Source of the DNA: Vibrio vulnificus CMCP6 | GTDB lineage: Bacteria > Pseudomonadota > Gammaproteobacteria > Enterobacterales > Vibrionaceae | Length of the DNA: 32,000 bases | Direction of reading: 5' to 3' | NCBI RefSeq assembly: GCF_000039765.1 | Contig: NC_004460.2 | Location: 600,001-632,000 of the forward strand | In this document: positions 18,993 through 27,821 of the stretch, one piece after another | How the letters are laid out: every line of letters starts with the position of its first letter | Position numbering within the stretch: the first letter of the stretch is position 1 | Notes under the pieces: model-generated | What the model saw: only the letters and a program-made list of their open reading frames with translations | Told to the model about the DNA's origin: nothing | Databases searched by the model: none | Program-made: the position numbers and the translations under genes

Positions 18993-19800
18993 GCGACACC
19001 TCCTTGCGGCGAATGCGTAAGTAGCGAACAAAAATCATCGAAGAGATCAGCAATAACACCAACGCCATCGCAAACCACTGCATCGCATAGGCAAAATGCT
19101 TTTGACTCCCCATATTCAATGGCTGCCAAGGTTGAGGATAGGGCCAATGGGTGAGGTTATCAGGCTGAAACAATGTCGGTATGAGACTGACGTTGAGTTG
19201 CTTGCCGAGATCCGCTATCACCATGTTTTGCACTCGTATGGGATCACTCAGTTCTAAATGGAGTTGGTCACTCAATGGGTTAACGGATTTTTGATACAAC
19301 CGCCCGGTTAAAAACAGAGGTTCGCGAAAGCCTTGCACTTTGGGGAGAGATTGGCGTTGTAAACCACCGTCGACAAAACCGAGCTCCACCAGCAGATAAC
19401 TTCCCGGTTCATCCATCAATGCCATCACCTGATAAGCGAGATAACCCACTTTCCCGTTCCACGTTTGGTTGTCGAGCAGCACCATGGGCAACGCACTTGG
19501 CGCGACATTGGTTTCCACTCTCACTCCCGTCACCGAAAACGCGGCTGCGTGTTCCACATTGAGCACATCAAGTAAGGGCTGCGGCGCTTGCAAAGCACGC
19601 TGTTGTAACTCCATTTCAAGTTGCGATTTTTCCTCTGCACGCGAAAGCTGCCATAAACCCAGTTTGACCAACAGGGTAAATACGACCAAAGTTAACAATG
19701 CGGCGACAATGGCGCCGGGCGATCGGATCAACGCAGCTTTCGGAGTCACTATGCCGATATTTCTATTCAAATTGATACTGGTTCTTTTACTATTGTTCAT
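18973..19800 (-). CDS. SURF1-family cytochrome oxidase assembly protein (start codon uncertain)
   Basis: N-terminal TM plus LGLWQLSRAEEK and C-terminal HFAYAMQWFAMALVLL are SURF1 hallmarks. Candidate starts are ATG 19869, ATG 19800 and GTG 19749; none has a good SD. The 3' end overlaps the next gene start by 20 nt. Confidence 0.75.
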   Translation of the reverse strand: MNNSKRTSINLNRNIGIVTPKAALIRSPGAIVAALLTLVVFTLLVKLGLWQLSRAEEKSQLEMELQQRALQAPQPLLDVLNVEHAAAFSVTGVRVETNVAPSALPMVLLDNQTWNGKVGYLAYQVMALMDEPGSYLLVELGFVDGGLQRQSLPKVQGFREPLFLTGRLYQKSVNPLSDQLHLELSDPIRVQNMVIADLGKQLNVSLIPTLFQPDNLTHWPYPQPWQPLNMGSQKHFAYAMQWFAMALVLLLISSMIFVRYLRIRRKEVSHDFHTK

Positions 19801-19975
19801 TATTGCCAACTTGGGTTTAGCCCTATTCCATATGGTGCGTGCCGACTCTTCTCCCAATGGGAAATCCATGAGCCACTATTTGGGGCGCAGAGTGATGCTC
19901 TCTGCATTGGTGGTGCTGTTTCTGCTGATCGCGTTAACAACGGGTTGGGTAGAACCCAACCCAAGACCATACTAA
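19751..19975 (+). CDS. Small two-transmembrane-helix protein (DUF2909-like by recollection), on the strand opposite to the oxidase genes
   Basis: ATG 19751 with GGAG at 19742-19745. 74 aa: MPIFLFKLILVLLLLFIIANLGLALFHMVRADSSPNGKSMSHYLGRRVMLSALVVLFLLIALTTGWVEPNPRPY. It is the C-terminal part of track ORF 19469-19975. Contains several rare codons (ATA, CTA, AGA), so the call is tentative. Confidence 0.5.
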   Translation: MPIFLFKLILVLLLLFIIANLGLALFHMVRADSSPNGKSMSHYLGRRVMLSALVVLFLLIALTTGWVEPNPRPY

Positions 19976-19985
19976 ATTGATAGCA

Positions 19986-20870
19986 TTACAGAACGTAGAC
20001 AAAGACAAACAAACAGAGCCAAACCACATCAACAAAATGCCAATACCAACTACCCGCTTGAAAGGCAAAATGATCTTTCGGCGTGAAATGATCTTTGGCG
20101 ATGCGTCCGAGTAACACGATCAAAAACGTCGTACCTAAGAACACATGCATGCCGTGAAAACCCGTCAAGAGAAAGAAGGTATTGCCATAAATGCCTGATT
20201 GCAGTGTCAGCCCCATTTCCTGATAAGCATGGGCATATTCCTCTACTTGATAGAAAAGGAAGAAGCCCGCGAGGACGATGGTGATCTCCAACCAAACAAT
20301 CAACGCCATACGTTGATTTTTCTCTAAGCTGGTATGCGCCAAATGCAGGGTAATCGATGAGGTCAATAAAATGATGGTATTAACCAAAGGGATCCCTTGC
20401 CATGGCATTGCTTGTGTTTCTTGACCAGATGGTGTGGTGGTCAGAGGCCAAAGGGCTTCAAAGCTTGGCCACAAAATCTCATGCGTCATGGCATTGTTGT
20501 CTGCCCCGCCAAGCCATGGCACTGCCACCATTCTTGCGTAGAAAAGCGCACCAAAAAACGCGCCGAAAAACATCACCTCAGAAAAAATAAACCAACTCAT
20601 TCCTTGTCGAAACGAGCGGGCAATCTGCTCACTGTATTTTCCGGTGAGTGATTCGGTGATCACGTTGCTAAACCACCCTGCCAGCATATACAGCAAGGTG
20701 ACAAAACCGACGATTAAAATCACATTGCCAATTGGCCCCACGGGTCCTTCGATTTGCGTTCCCTGAACGGTCATGCCAGCCCCAACGGCAATCATAAAGA
20801 GCGCAAAAGCCCCAAGAATCGGCCAATTGCTTTGGGCAGGAACATAATATGACGGATGTTTGTTACTCAT
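19986..20870 (-). CDS. coxC: Cytochrome c oxidase subunit III
   Basis: 294-aa 7-TM protein with FHGMHVFLGTTFL and WYWHFVDVVWL motifs. Confidence 0.9.
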   Translation of the reverse strand: MSNKHPSYYVPAQSNWPILGAFALFMIAVGAGMTVQGTQIEGPVGPIGNVILIVGFVTLLYMLAGWFSNVITESLTGKYSEQIARSFRQGMSWFIFSEVMFFGAFFGALFYARMVAVPWLGGADNNAMTHEILWPSFEALWPLTTTPSGQETQAMPWQGIPLVNTIILLTSSITLHLAHTSLEKNQRMALIVWLEITIVLAGFFLFYQVEEYAHAYQEMGLTLQSGIYGNTFFLLTGFHGMHVFLGTTFLIVLLGRIAKDHFTPKDHFAFQAGSWYWHFVDVVWLCLFVFVYVL

Positions 20871-21478
20871 AGCTCAGCTCCCTGAGGCAGTGGATTGGTT
20901 GCCTCCTTGAGTCCAGATAATTGCGCGAGTTTCTCTCTGTCGGCTTGTTCAACGGGTAAGCGATACAAGGTGTAAGAGAGCGTTAAGGTGTGAATTTCGG
21001 CGGGTAAGTCAGGTTCGATGTAGAAAATCAACGGCATCTGTGCCAACTGATTTCCTTCAATGGGTTGGCGATTAAAACAAAAACACTCAATCTTGTTGAA
21101 AAATGCCGCCCCCTGCCCCGGAGACACCGACGGCACGGCCTGACCAACTAAGATCTCTTGGCTGAGGTTTTGCGCCAAATACGCCGTTTGAATCACTTCC
21201 CCCGGATGCACATTAAGAGTGACCGATTGTGGTTTGAAGCTCCACGGCATATCTGGTGCAACATGCGCCATGAACTCGACGCGAATGGTTCGGCTGGTAT
21301 CAATCTGCAACCCTACCGGAGCCGCCACGGCAACATTATCGGTTTTACCATTGATGCCAAGCACATCGCACATCACGTCATACAGAGGCACCAACGCAAA
21401 ACCGAAACCAAACATCGCCAAAGCCGCCATCGTCAGCTTAAGAGTGAGAATGCGGTTCGATCTTCCCCCAGTCATCAT
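20867..21478 (-). CDS. ctaG: Cytochrome c oxidase assembly protein Cox11/CtaG (CuB insertion)
   Basis: N-terminal TM, VPLYDVMC and the copper-binding CFCF motif (IECFCFNRQ). GAGGTG SD. The stop overlaps the coxC start (ATGA). Confidence 0.9.
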   Translation of the reverse strand: MMTGGRSNRILTLKLTMAALAMFGFGFALVPLYDVMCDVLGINGKTDNVAVAAPVGLQIDTSRTIRVEFMAHVAPDMPWSFKPQSVTLNVHPGEVIQTAYLAQNLSQEILVGQAVPSVSPGQGAAFFNKIECFCFNRQPIEGNQLAQMPLIFYIEPDLPAEIHTLTLSYTLYRLPVEQADREKLAQLSGLKEATNPLPQGAEL

Positions 21479-21484
21479 GTCACC

Positions 21485-23116
21485 TCAATCCACTTTGGGT
21501 GGTGTCGAGAAGGTGTGATGTGGGGCTGGGCTAGGTACTGTCCACTCCAACCCTTCCGCTCTTTCCCACGGTTTGGCTGCGGCTTTGTCGCCTCCTTTGA
21601 CGCATTTAATCACCAGCCAGAGGAAGATAAGCTGCGATAAGCCAAACGCAAATCCGCCAATCGAGACAATCTGATTCACATCAGCAAACTGAATCGCGTA
21701 GTCCGGAATACGTCGTGGCATCCCCGCCAAGCCAAGGAAATGCATTGGGAAGAAAAGGATATTGACCGAAATCACCGAGCACCAAAAATGCCACAAACTA
21801 AGCCGCTGGTCGTACATATGCCCCGTCCACTTGGGCAGCCAATAATAGGCCGCCGCCATGATGGAGAACACCGCACCAGAAACCAGCACATAGTGGAAAT
21901 GGGCCACTACAAAATAGGTATCGTGATATTGAAAATCCGCAGGAACAATCGCTAACATCAGGCCGGAGAAACCACCAATGGTGAACAACACAATAAAGGC
22001 GATCGCAAACAACATCGGTGTTTCAAACGTCAACGAGCCGCGCCACATAGTCGCAACCCAGTTAAACACTTTAACCCCAGTCGGAACCGCAATCATCATG
22101 GTGCAATACATAAAGAACAGCTCGGCAAATACCGGCATGCCAGTGGTGAACATATGGTGTGCCCACACCACAAACGAGAGCAGTGCAATACTACAGGTTG
22201 CGTAAACCATTGAGTGATAACCAAAAAGCTTTTTGCCACTAAACGCTGGGATGATGGCGGAGACAATACCGAAGGACGGCAAAATCATGATGTAAACTTC
22301 AGGGTGGCCGAAGAACCAAAAGATGTGTTGGAACATCACAGGGTCACCACCACCTGCCGCGTCAAAGAAACTGGTGCCGAAATACTTATCTGTCAGCACC
22401 ATGGTGACAGCCCCTGCCAACACTGGCATTACAGCAATCAACAAGAACGCCGTAATCAACCAAGTCCAGACGAACATCGGTAGCTTAAACCAGGTCATAC
22501 CCGGAGCACGCATATTGACGATGGTCACTATCACATTGATCGCGCCCATGATGGAGCTGATCCCCATAATGTGCACAGAGAACACAAACAGTGCCGTGCT
22601 ATCGGGGCCATACTTGGTCGAAAGCGGCGCATAGAAAGTCCAACCAAAATCAGGGCCGCCGCCGGGTAAAAACAGCGAACCGATGAGGATTAAAAAGGCA
22701 AAAGGCAAAATCCAAAAGCTCAAGTTATTCATTCTTGGCAACGCCATATCCGGCGCACCAATCATCATCGGGATCATCCAGTTGGCGAGGCCAGTGAAGG
22801 CTGGCATGACCGCACCAAACACCATCACCAAACCGTGAACTGTGGTCATTTGATTAAAGAATTGCGGATCTACCAATTGCAAACCCGGTTGAAAGAGTTC
22901 GGCGCGAATCACCATCGCCATCGCACCACCGGTTAAAAACATGATGAAGCTAAACCAAAGGTAGAGCGTGCCAATGTCTTTGTGATTGGTGGAGTAGATC
23001 CAACGGCCTATGCCAGAAGGTTGATGATGTTCATGAGCGTCGCTTTCCACCGCCACAGCACTAGACAGTTCACTTTCTGCCGACGCAGATTTGACCGGTT
23101 TTTCAAATTGACTCAT
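21485..23116 (-). CDS. coxA: Cytochrome c oxidase subunit I (heme a/a3-CuB)
   Basis: 543 aa. [20 protein letters not shown] and AHFHYVL motifs. The start overlaps the coxB stop (ATGA at 23113-23116). Confidence 0.95.
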   Translation of the reverse strand: MSQFEKPVKSASAESELSSAVAVESDAHEHHQPSGIGRWIYSTNHKDIGTLYLWFSFIMFLTGGAMAMVIRAELFQPGLQLVDPQFFNQMTTVHGLVMVFGAVMPAFTGLANWMIPMMIGAPDMALPRMNNLSFWILPFAFLILIGSLFLPGGGPDFGWTFYAPLSTKYGPDSTALFVFSVHIMGISSIMGAINVIVTIVNMRAPGMTWFKLPMFVWTWLITAFLLIAVMPVLAGAVTMVLTDKYFGTSFFDAAGGGDPVMFQHIFWFFGHPEVYIMILPSFGIVSAIIPAFSGKKLFGYHSMVYATCSIALLSFVVWAHHMFTTGMPVFAELFFMYCTMMIAVPTGVKVFNWVATMWRGSLTFETPMLFAIAFIVLFTIGGFSGLMLAIVPADFQYHDTYFVVAHFHYVLVSGAVFSIMAAAYYWLPKWTGHMYDQRLSLWHFWCSVISVNILFFPMHFLGLAGMPRRIPDYAIQFADVNQIVSIGGFAFGLSQLIFLWLVIKCVKGGDKAAAKPWERAEGLEWTVPSPAPHHTFSTPPKVD

Positions 23117-24273
23117 TGTCCCTCCCCGCGACTCTGCGCTTTATGGGCGTTGACGTCAGCCGCTTGCACCGCATCACCTGTGTCATTACCAAAGGCATTG
23201 CGTTGATACGTGACCACCGAAGCAATCTCTTGCTCAGAAAGCTGATTGGCAAAAGCTTGCATTGCGGTTCCTGCTTTACCATTAAGAACAATGTCGATGT
23301 GCTTGTCGCGATCCCCAGTGGCAATCGCACTGCCTTTAATGGCGGGAAAGGCTCCGGGGATCCCCATGCCATTGGCTTGATGGCAAACCGCGCATCGCGC
23401 GCTGTAAATCGCTTCACCTTGAGCCATCAACTCATCCAGCGACAGTGTTTGCGTCAGTGCCGATGCTGCCGCTTGCTTCGCTTCGGCTAACTCGGTTTTC
23501 TTATTGGCAAGCCATTGTTCAAAATCGTTCTCTTCCATAGCATGCACCACCACGGGCATAAAACCATGTGCTCGACCACACAACTCAGCACACTGGCCAC
23601 GGTATACCCCGGGCTGATCGATGCGTGTCCATGCTTCATTGATGAAACCGGGGATAGTATCTTTCTTCACCGCAAAATCGGGCACCCACCACGAATGAAT
23701 GACATCATCAGAAGTGAGAAGAAAACGGATCTTACGATTGATGGGGACAACCAGAGGATTATCCACTTCCAACAAATAATTGGCCCCTTTGACTTCAAGA
23801 CCATCGATCTGCTTTTGCGAGGTCGCCAGTAAACTGAAAAATTCAACGTCTTCCCCGAAATAGCTGTAGTGCCATTTCCACTGAGAACCGGTAATTTTAA
23901 CCGTCAGATCAGATTGAGATGTGTCCTCCATCGCCACCAACGTTTTGGTGGCTGGAATCGCCATCGCGACGAGGATCAAAATCGGAATCACCGTCCATAT
24001 CACTTCCACTTTGGTGCTTTCATGAAAATGCGCAGCGACGGCCCCTTTCGATTTTCGGTGTTTAAAAATGGCATAGAACATGGCCCCAAACACAATCAGT
24101 GCTATGGCACAGCAGATATAAAAAATCAGCATGTGCAACTCATACACCTGCTGACTGATCTGTGTGACTCCTTGGGTCATATTGAAGTCTGTTTGCGATG
24201 CAATGGCTGGCGCACCGAAGCCGACTAGCATCAGGTCAAACAGCCCCATCAGTGTGAGAAATCGTTTCTTCAA
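23113..24273 (-). CDS. coxB: Cytochrome c oxidase subunit II with fused C-terminal monoheme cytochrome c domain (caa3-type)
   Basis: Signal peptide and two TM helices. CuA site HSWWVPDF...[14 protein letters not shown]-terminal CAVCH heme-c motif with the downstream Met ligand region GTAMQAF. Confidence 0.95.
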   Translation of the reverse strand: MKKRFLTLMGLFDLMLVGFGAPAIASQTDFNMTQGVTQISQQVYELHMLIFYICCAIALIVFGAMFYAIFKHRKSKGAVAAHFHESTKVEVIWTVIPILILVAMAIPATKTLVAMEDTSQSDLTVKITGSQWKWHYSYFGEDVEFFSLLATSQKQIDGLEVKGANYLLEVDNPLVVPINRKIRFLLTSDDVIHSWWVPDFAVKKDTIPGFINEAWTRIDQPGVYRGQCAELCGRAHGFMPVVVHAMEENDFEQWLANKKTELAEAKQAAASALTQTLSLDELMAQGEAIYSARCAVCHQANGMGIPGAFPAIKGSAIATGDRDKHIDIVLNGKAGTAMQAFANQLSEQEIASVVTYQRNAFGNDTGDAVQAADVNAHKAQSRGEGQ

Positions 24274-24602
24274 AAGCTATCTCCTCTGACTCACCGCGCC
24301 AACGTTGAGATTGATCATTTCGGACTGCAACTACCGAACAAACCAGTAAAAAAAGGGCAAAACCCTGATTTCAACACTCTTTGTTATATTTATGTTAAAA
24401 AGCTAGACTCAGTTATGGCTTTCTTCAAGAAAATATCCACAAAACAACAAACAATCTTGTCAATAAGAACACTTAAGGTAGAGAAATTGTCTATCTTTAG
24501 AACAAATGAAATTTTTATGATTTCAGTAATCGTTTGGCATCACGGAAATGATATTTATTATCATTTAATTTAAAGAAAACAGAGAGAGTAAGGAAAAATC
24601 GT

Positions 24603-26309
24603 ATGCTAAAACAAGTCACTGACTGGTTGGCCAGAGATCCGGATCCACGCACCCGTGAAGAACTTCAGTACCTCATTGATGAGAAGATGACGGAAGAATT
24701 GCAAGACCGTTTTCGCGGCAGGCTTGAATTTGGTACCGCCGGATTACGTGGAAAAGTCGGTTCGGGACCAAATCGCATGAACAGACTTGTAATTCAAGAA
24801 ACCGCGACAGGACTCGGACATTATCTCATCGAGACGATTCGTGATGCCGCTGCTCGTGGCGTGGTGATTGGCTATGATGGCCGAACCGATTCGAAGCAAT
24901 TTGCTCACGACACGGCCGCTGTACTCACCGCCTTGGGCATTAAGGTTTACCTCACCCATAAAGTGGCCCCAACCCCAGTGGTTGCGTTTGGTGTCAAACA
25001 GTTTAATGCCGCAGCAGCGGTAGTGGTTACCGCAAGCCACAACCCACCGGAATACAACGGCTTTAAAGTGTATTGGGAAAATGGCGCGCAAATCATTCCA
25101 CCTCATGATGCGGGTATTGCCGCCGAGATTGAGCAAGCGACGCACAAACCTATCCCTCTCATGTCATTGAGTGATGCGGAAAAACACGGCCTTTTGGTTT
25201 GGCTCAAAGAGGATTACTACCAAACGTATCGCCAAGCGATGAACACTCACCCATTGTTAAAATCTGGCCATGCGGTTGATATTTCCATCGCGTACACCGC
25301 TATGCATGGTGTCGGCGCTGAGATGGCTGAGACACTGCTGGCCGATGCCGGTTTCACTCACGTGCTGAGCGTACCTGAACAACGGGAGCCTGATGGCACG
25401 TTCCCGACGGTCAACTTCCCTAACCCAGAAGAAGCTGGGGCGATGGATATGGTGATGAATCTAGCAAAAACCGTCGATGCAGAGATTGCCTGTGCCAATG
25501 ACCCTGATGCCGACCGCTTTGCCGTTGCTGTTCGCAAACCGGATGGTAACTACCAAATGCTCACAGGAGATCAAGTGGGCGCGTTATTCGCCAATTATCT
25601 CCTCAGCAGCGTGGATGCCAGCAAGCAGTTGGTTGGTAACACCATTGTCTCTTCCCGCTTGTTGGCTGACATCGCCAAACAGCACGGAGCTCACTACTAC
25701 CAAACGCTCACGGGCTTTAAGTGGCTCACCAATGTAGCCATGACTCAGCAAAGCGATGACAAGCAGTTCTTGTTTGCGTATGAGGAAGCGCTGGGCTACA
25801 CCGTGGGCAATAAAGTTTGGGATAAAGACGGTTTGTCAGCACTGGTCGCGTTTGCCCAGCTCACGGCACATCTTAAAGAAAATGGCCTGACTTTGTGGGA
25901 CAAATTAGAGCAACTTTATCGCCAACATGGCTTCTATTTTAACGCGCAGCGCAGTATTGCCTTATCGCCTGATTCGCCACCCATCGGGGACCAGCTGAGA
26001 GCCAAACCGCCGAAAACCATTGCAGGGCAGAAGGTAACGGTGATTGAAGATCTCAAAGCGTCGTTGCGATACGTGACCAATGGCGTGACAGAAGCGATTA
26101 ACCTGCCGGCCAGCGATGTTCTGATCTATCACCTTGAAGATCGCTCACGCGTTATCGTTCGCCCTTCAGGCACTGAGCCGAAACTAAAGTGCTACTACGA
26201 GGTGATTAGCGATTTCCCTGCTGAGTTGGATTACCAAACCGCACAGTTTAAGGCCGAGAGCAAAATGAACGCGCTTATTGCTGCCCATCAACAAAGCTTG
26301 TCATCGTAA
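24603..26309 (+). CDS. Alpha-D-phosphohexomutase family protein (phosphoglucomutase/phosphomannomutase, long PgcA-like form)
   Basis: 568 aa. Catalytic Ser loop TASHNPPEYNGFKVY, metal loop NDPDADRF, sugar loop YEEALGY, phosphate loop RPSGTEPKLK. Confidence 0.9.
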   Translation: MLKQVTDWLARDPDPRTREELQYLIDEKMTEELQDRFRGRLEFGTAGLRGKVGSGPNRMNRLVIQETATGLGHYLIETIRDAAARGVVIGYDGRTDSKQFAHDTAAVLTALGIKVYLTHKVAPTPVVAFGVKQFNAAAAVVVTASHNPPEYNGFKVYWENGAQIIPPHDAGIAAEIEQATHKPIPLMSLSDAEKHGLLVWLKEDYYQTYRQAMNTHPLLKSGHAVDISIAYTAMHGVGAEMAETLLADAGFTHVLSVPEQREPDGTFPTVNFPNPEEAGAMDMVMNLAKTVDAEIACANDPDADRFAVAVRKPDGNYQMLTGDQVGALFANYLLSSVDASKQLVGNTIVSSRLLADIAKQHGAHYYQTLTGFKWLTNVAMTQQSDDKQFLFAYEEALGYTVGNKVWDKDGLSALVAFAQLTAHLKENGLTLWDKLEQLYRQHGFYFNAQRSIALSPDSPPIGDQLRAKPPKTIAGQKVTVIEDLKASLRYVTNGVTEAINLPASDVLIYHLEDRSRVIVRPSGTEPKLKCYYEVISDFPAELDYQTAQFKAESKMNALIAAHQQSLSS

Positions 26310-26316
26310 TAAAAAC

Positions 26317-26349
26317 AAAGAGCACACTCGACGTATGAGTGTGCTCTTT
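26317..26349. terminator. Bidirectional terminator between the phosphohexomutase and GNAT genes
   Basis: 13-bp perfect arms AAAGAGCACACTC and GAGTGTGCTCTTT with a 7-nt loop. A strong T-run follows on the minus strand (gtttttatt). Confidence 0.65.
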
Positions 26350-26368
26350 GACTAAACCGGTCTAATGA

Positions 26369-26791
26369 TTAAATGACTTTTTGCAAGAAGTACTTATTGA
26401 TGCCTTTTGCTGGGTAATCGCTATATTGTCCAACCTGCTCAAAACCCAATTTGAGATAAAAATCCAACGCTTGGAAACTGTAGGTATCAAGACAAATATC
26501 CGTCACCCCTTGTGGTTTTACCTCGTGTTCCAAACGCTGCATCAATTGACTGCCTAAGCCATGTTGACGGTAGTGTTCATCTAACCAAAGAAATTCCACA
26601 AAGACGCTGTTGGTAAACAAATCGCCCGCTAGGCCGCCCACCAAATTGCCCTCCTCATTACGAACAAAACAGCCGATCTTTTTTACCTCGCCATCAGGAA
26701 GATGTTGAGCATTGTAAGCACGAATCCCCTGACGAATGGTTTCAAATTCTTCATTTTGTAGGTCAAAGGTAAATTCTGTTTTCAAGTCCAT
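26369..26791 (-). CDS. GNAT-family N-acetyltransferase
   Basis: 140 aa. Acetyl-CoA binding motif YRQHGLGSQLM (Q/R-x-x-G-x-G/A) in a typical GNAT-length fold. Confidence 0.8.
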   Translation of the reverse strand: MDLKTEFTFDLQNEEFETIRQGIRAYNAQHLPDGEVKKIGCFVRNEEGNLVGGLAGDLFTNSVFVEFLWLDEHYRQHGLGSQLMQRLEHEVKPQGVTDICLDTYSFQALDFYLKLGFEQVGQYSDYPAKGINKYFLQKVI

Positions 26792-26918
26792 TGCATTCCT
26801 CCCGTGTGATCGTTACCCGCAAATCTAAGCTTAAGCATTACTGCTTTGCTTTTTGCATGTTTTAGTTTTTGCAAACTTTGGTTTTTACGAGCTCTAGTTA
26901 TTGCGAGCCCTAGTTAAG

Positions 26919-26943
26919 AAAAAAGCCAGCGGCGCTGGCTTTT
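26919..26943 (-). terminator. Rho-independent terminator of the LysE-family gene
   Basis: AGCCAGC-ggc-GCTGGCT flanked by an A-run and a T-run. On the minus strand it is followed by ttttttctt. Lies 16 nt after the stop at 26959. Confidence 0.65.
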
Positions 26944-26958
26944 AGGTCAAACAATCTA

Positions 26959-27591
26959 TCACGAGTTAAAATTCAATAACATCCAAAGAGATAAGAAAAC
27001 AAATACCGCCCCCATCACTTTGTGCTGATAAAGTCGGAACGTGGCATTGTCCAAAAGCTTCTTACCAACCGTGCCAGCCAAAGCAACCAACACAAAATTG
27101 AACAATAAACCCAAAACATTGAGAAGCAGGCCTAACGCCAACATCTGTTCACCAGAAGAGGCAGAGATGTTATTCGACACAAACTGAGGCAAAAACATCA
27201 CAAAGAAAACCAACGCCTTCGGATTGAGCAAATTGCTCATTAATGCGCGTTGATAGTAAGTCAATGCCATGGCATTGTCATGCTGAGATTGCGGCGCTTG
27301 AGCTGGAGAAGTTCGCAAACAGTCCCAACCCATTTTGAGCAAGTACGCACCGCCCAGTAAATGGAGGGCTTTCAAAGCCAAAGGGCTCATGGCTATCAAC
27401 GCTGAAACGCCCATCGCGGCCAGCAAGGTTAAGATGATCCCCGACGTGGCATTGCCCAAACTGGCAAATAGCCCAACTTTCTTACCGTAACTCATGCTTG
27501 AACTGGCAATCAGCAGCATGTCTGGGCCTGGCAACAATAACAATGCAATCACTGCCGTTAAATAAACAGGCAAAATAGTAATATCGATCAT
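26959..27591 (-). CDS. LysE/RhtB-family amino-acid exporter
   Basis: Start re-called to ATG 27591 (MIDITILPVYL...; 210 aa, typical family length). LLLPGPDMLLI motif near the N-terminus. The 35-codon upstream extension in the track is non-hydrophobic and Cys/Gly-rich. Confidence 0.85.
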   Translation of the reverse strand: MIDITILPVYLTAVIALLLLPGPDMLLIASSSMSYGKKVGLFASLGNATSGIILTLLAAMGVSALIAMSPLALKALHLLGGAYLLKMGWDCLRTSPAQAPQSQHDNAMALTYYQRALMSNLLNPKALVFFVMFLPQFVSNNISASSGEQMLALGLLLNVLGLLFNFVLVALAGTVGKKLLDNATFRLYQHKVMGAVFVFLSLWMLLNFNS

Positions 27592-27752
27592 TTTTATTCT
27601 GGTCTTTTGGAACAAGGGCGCGGATTTTACCGAAACAGCCCCACAACAACCAGATATACCTCCATCACAAACATCATTTGCCGATTTAATAACCAATCCT
27701 ACGAAAACAACCAGCGTGTTCCGCTAAATTGTGCCGAGCGATAGGATTGAGA

Positions 27753-27766
27753 GCAATTTTGTACAA
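27753..27766. promoter_or_regulatory. Copy 1 of exact 14-mer GCAATTTTGTACAA (contains palindrome TTGTACAA), in the lysE/araC divergent region
   Basis: Identical to 28654-28667. Lies 56 nt upstream of the re-called AraC-family start. Confidence 0.35.
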
Positions 27767-27821
27767 AAATGGGGGGAATGTTTGGCGTACACTCAAATCA
27801 TCTCAACGGACAAGGCAAACA

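Noticed and set aside
19469-19750. The N-terminal two-thirds of the 168-aa plus-strand ORF 19469-19975.
   Set aside because: It is a Ser/Cys/Thr-rich low-complexity translation lying exactly antisense to the well-supported SURF1 coding region. Only the last 74 codons (from ATG 19751 with its own SD) look protein-like.
21158-21640. 160-aa and 99-aa plus-strand ORFs antisense to cox11/coxA.
   Set aside because: They are shadow ORFs spanning a gene boundary on the other strand, with His/Arg-rich composition and no SD.
23116-24228. Plus-strand ORFs of 124, 105 and 119 aa antisense to coxB, and the minus-strand 104-aa ORF 23103-23417.
   Set aside because: All lie within the coxB CDS, which has unambiguous CuA and heme-c motifs. 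None has motif or RBS support.
8943-24273. The idea that the cupredoxin/GGDEF-EAL pair, Aer and the caa3 oxidase cluster form one oxygen/copper-themed island.
   Set aside because: They are separated by unrelated housekeeping genes (aroG, ompA-like). Each has its own terminators, and there are no island boundaries (tRNA, integrase, repeats). Thematic proximity alone is not evidence of a functional unit.
24415-24573. A 52-aa plus-strand ORF in the AT-rich coxB/phosphohexomutase divergent region.
   Set aside because: There is no SD, the composition is AT-driven (Ile/Lys/Phe/Tyr-rich), and it lies where two divergent promoters are expected. I treat it as non-coding.
24744-25145. 133-aa minus-strand ORF antisense to the phosphohexomutase gene.
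   Set aside because: It is a shadow ORF inside a CDS that has all four phosphohexomutase signature loops.
27592-27821. Upstream extensions of ORF-track starts for the LysE-family gene (to 27696) and the AraC-family gene (from 27729). Similar short extensions occur at 5190-5207, 18446-18466, 18993-19031 and 30383-30403.
   Set aside because: The extensions use TTG or unsupported ATG codons and add non-family-like residues. For the LysE and AraC genes they would leave almost no divergent promoter space. Internal ATGs, most with better SD context, give family-typical N-termini.
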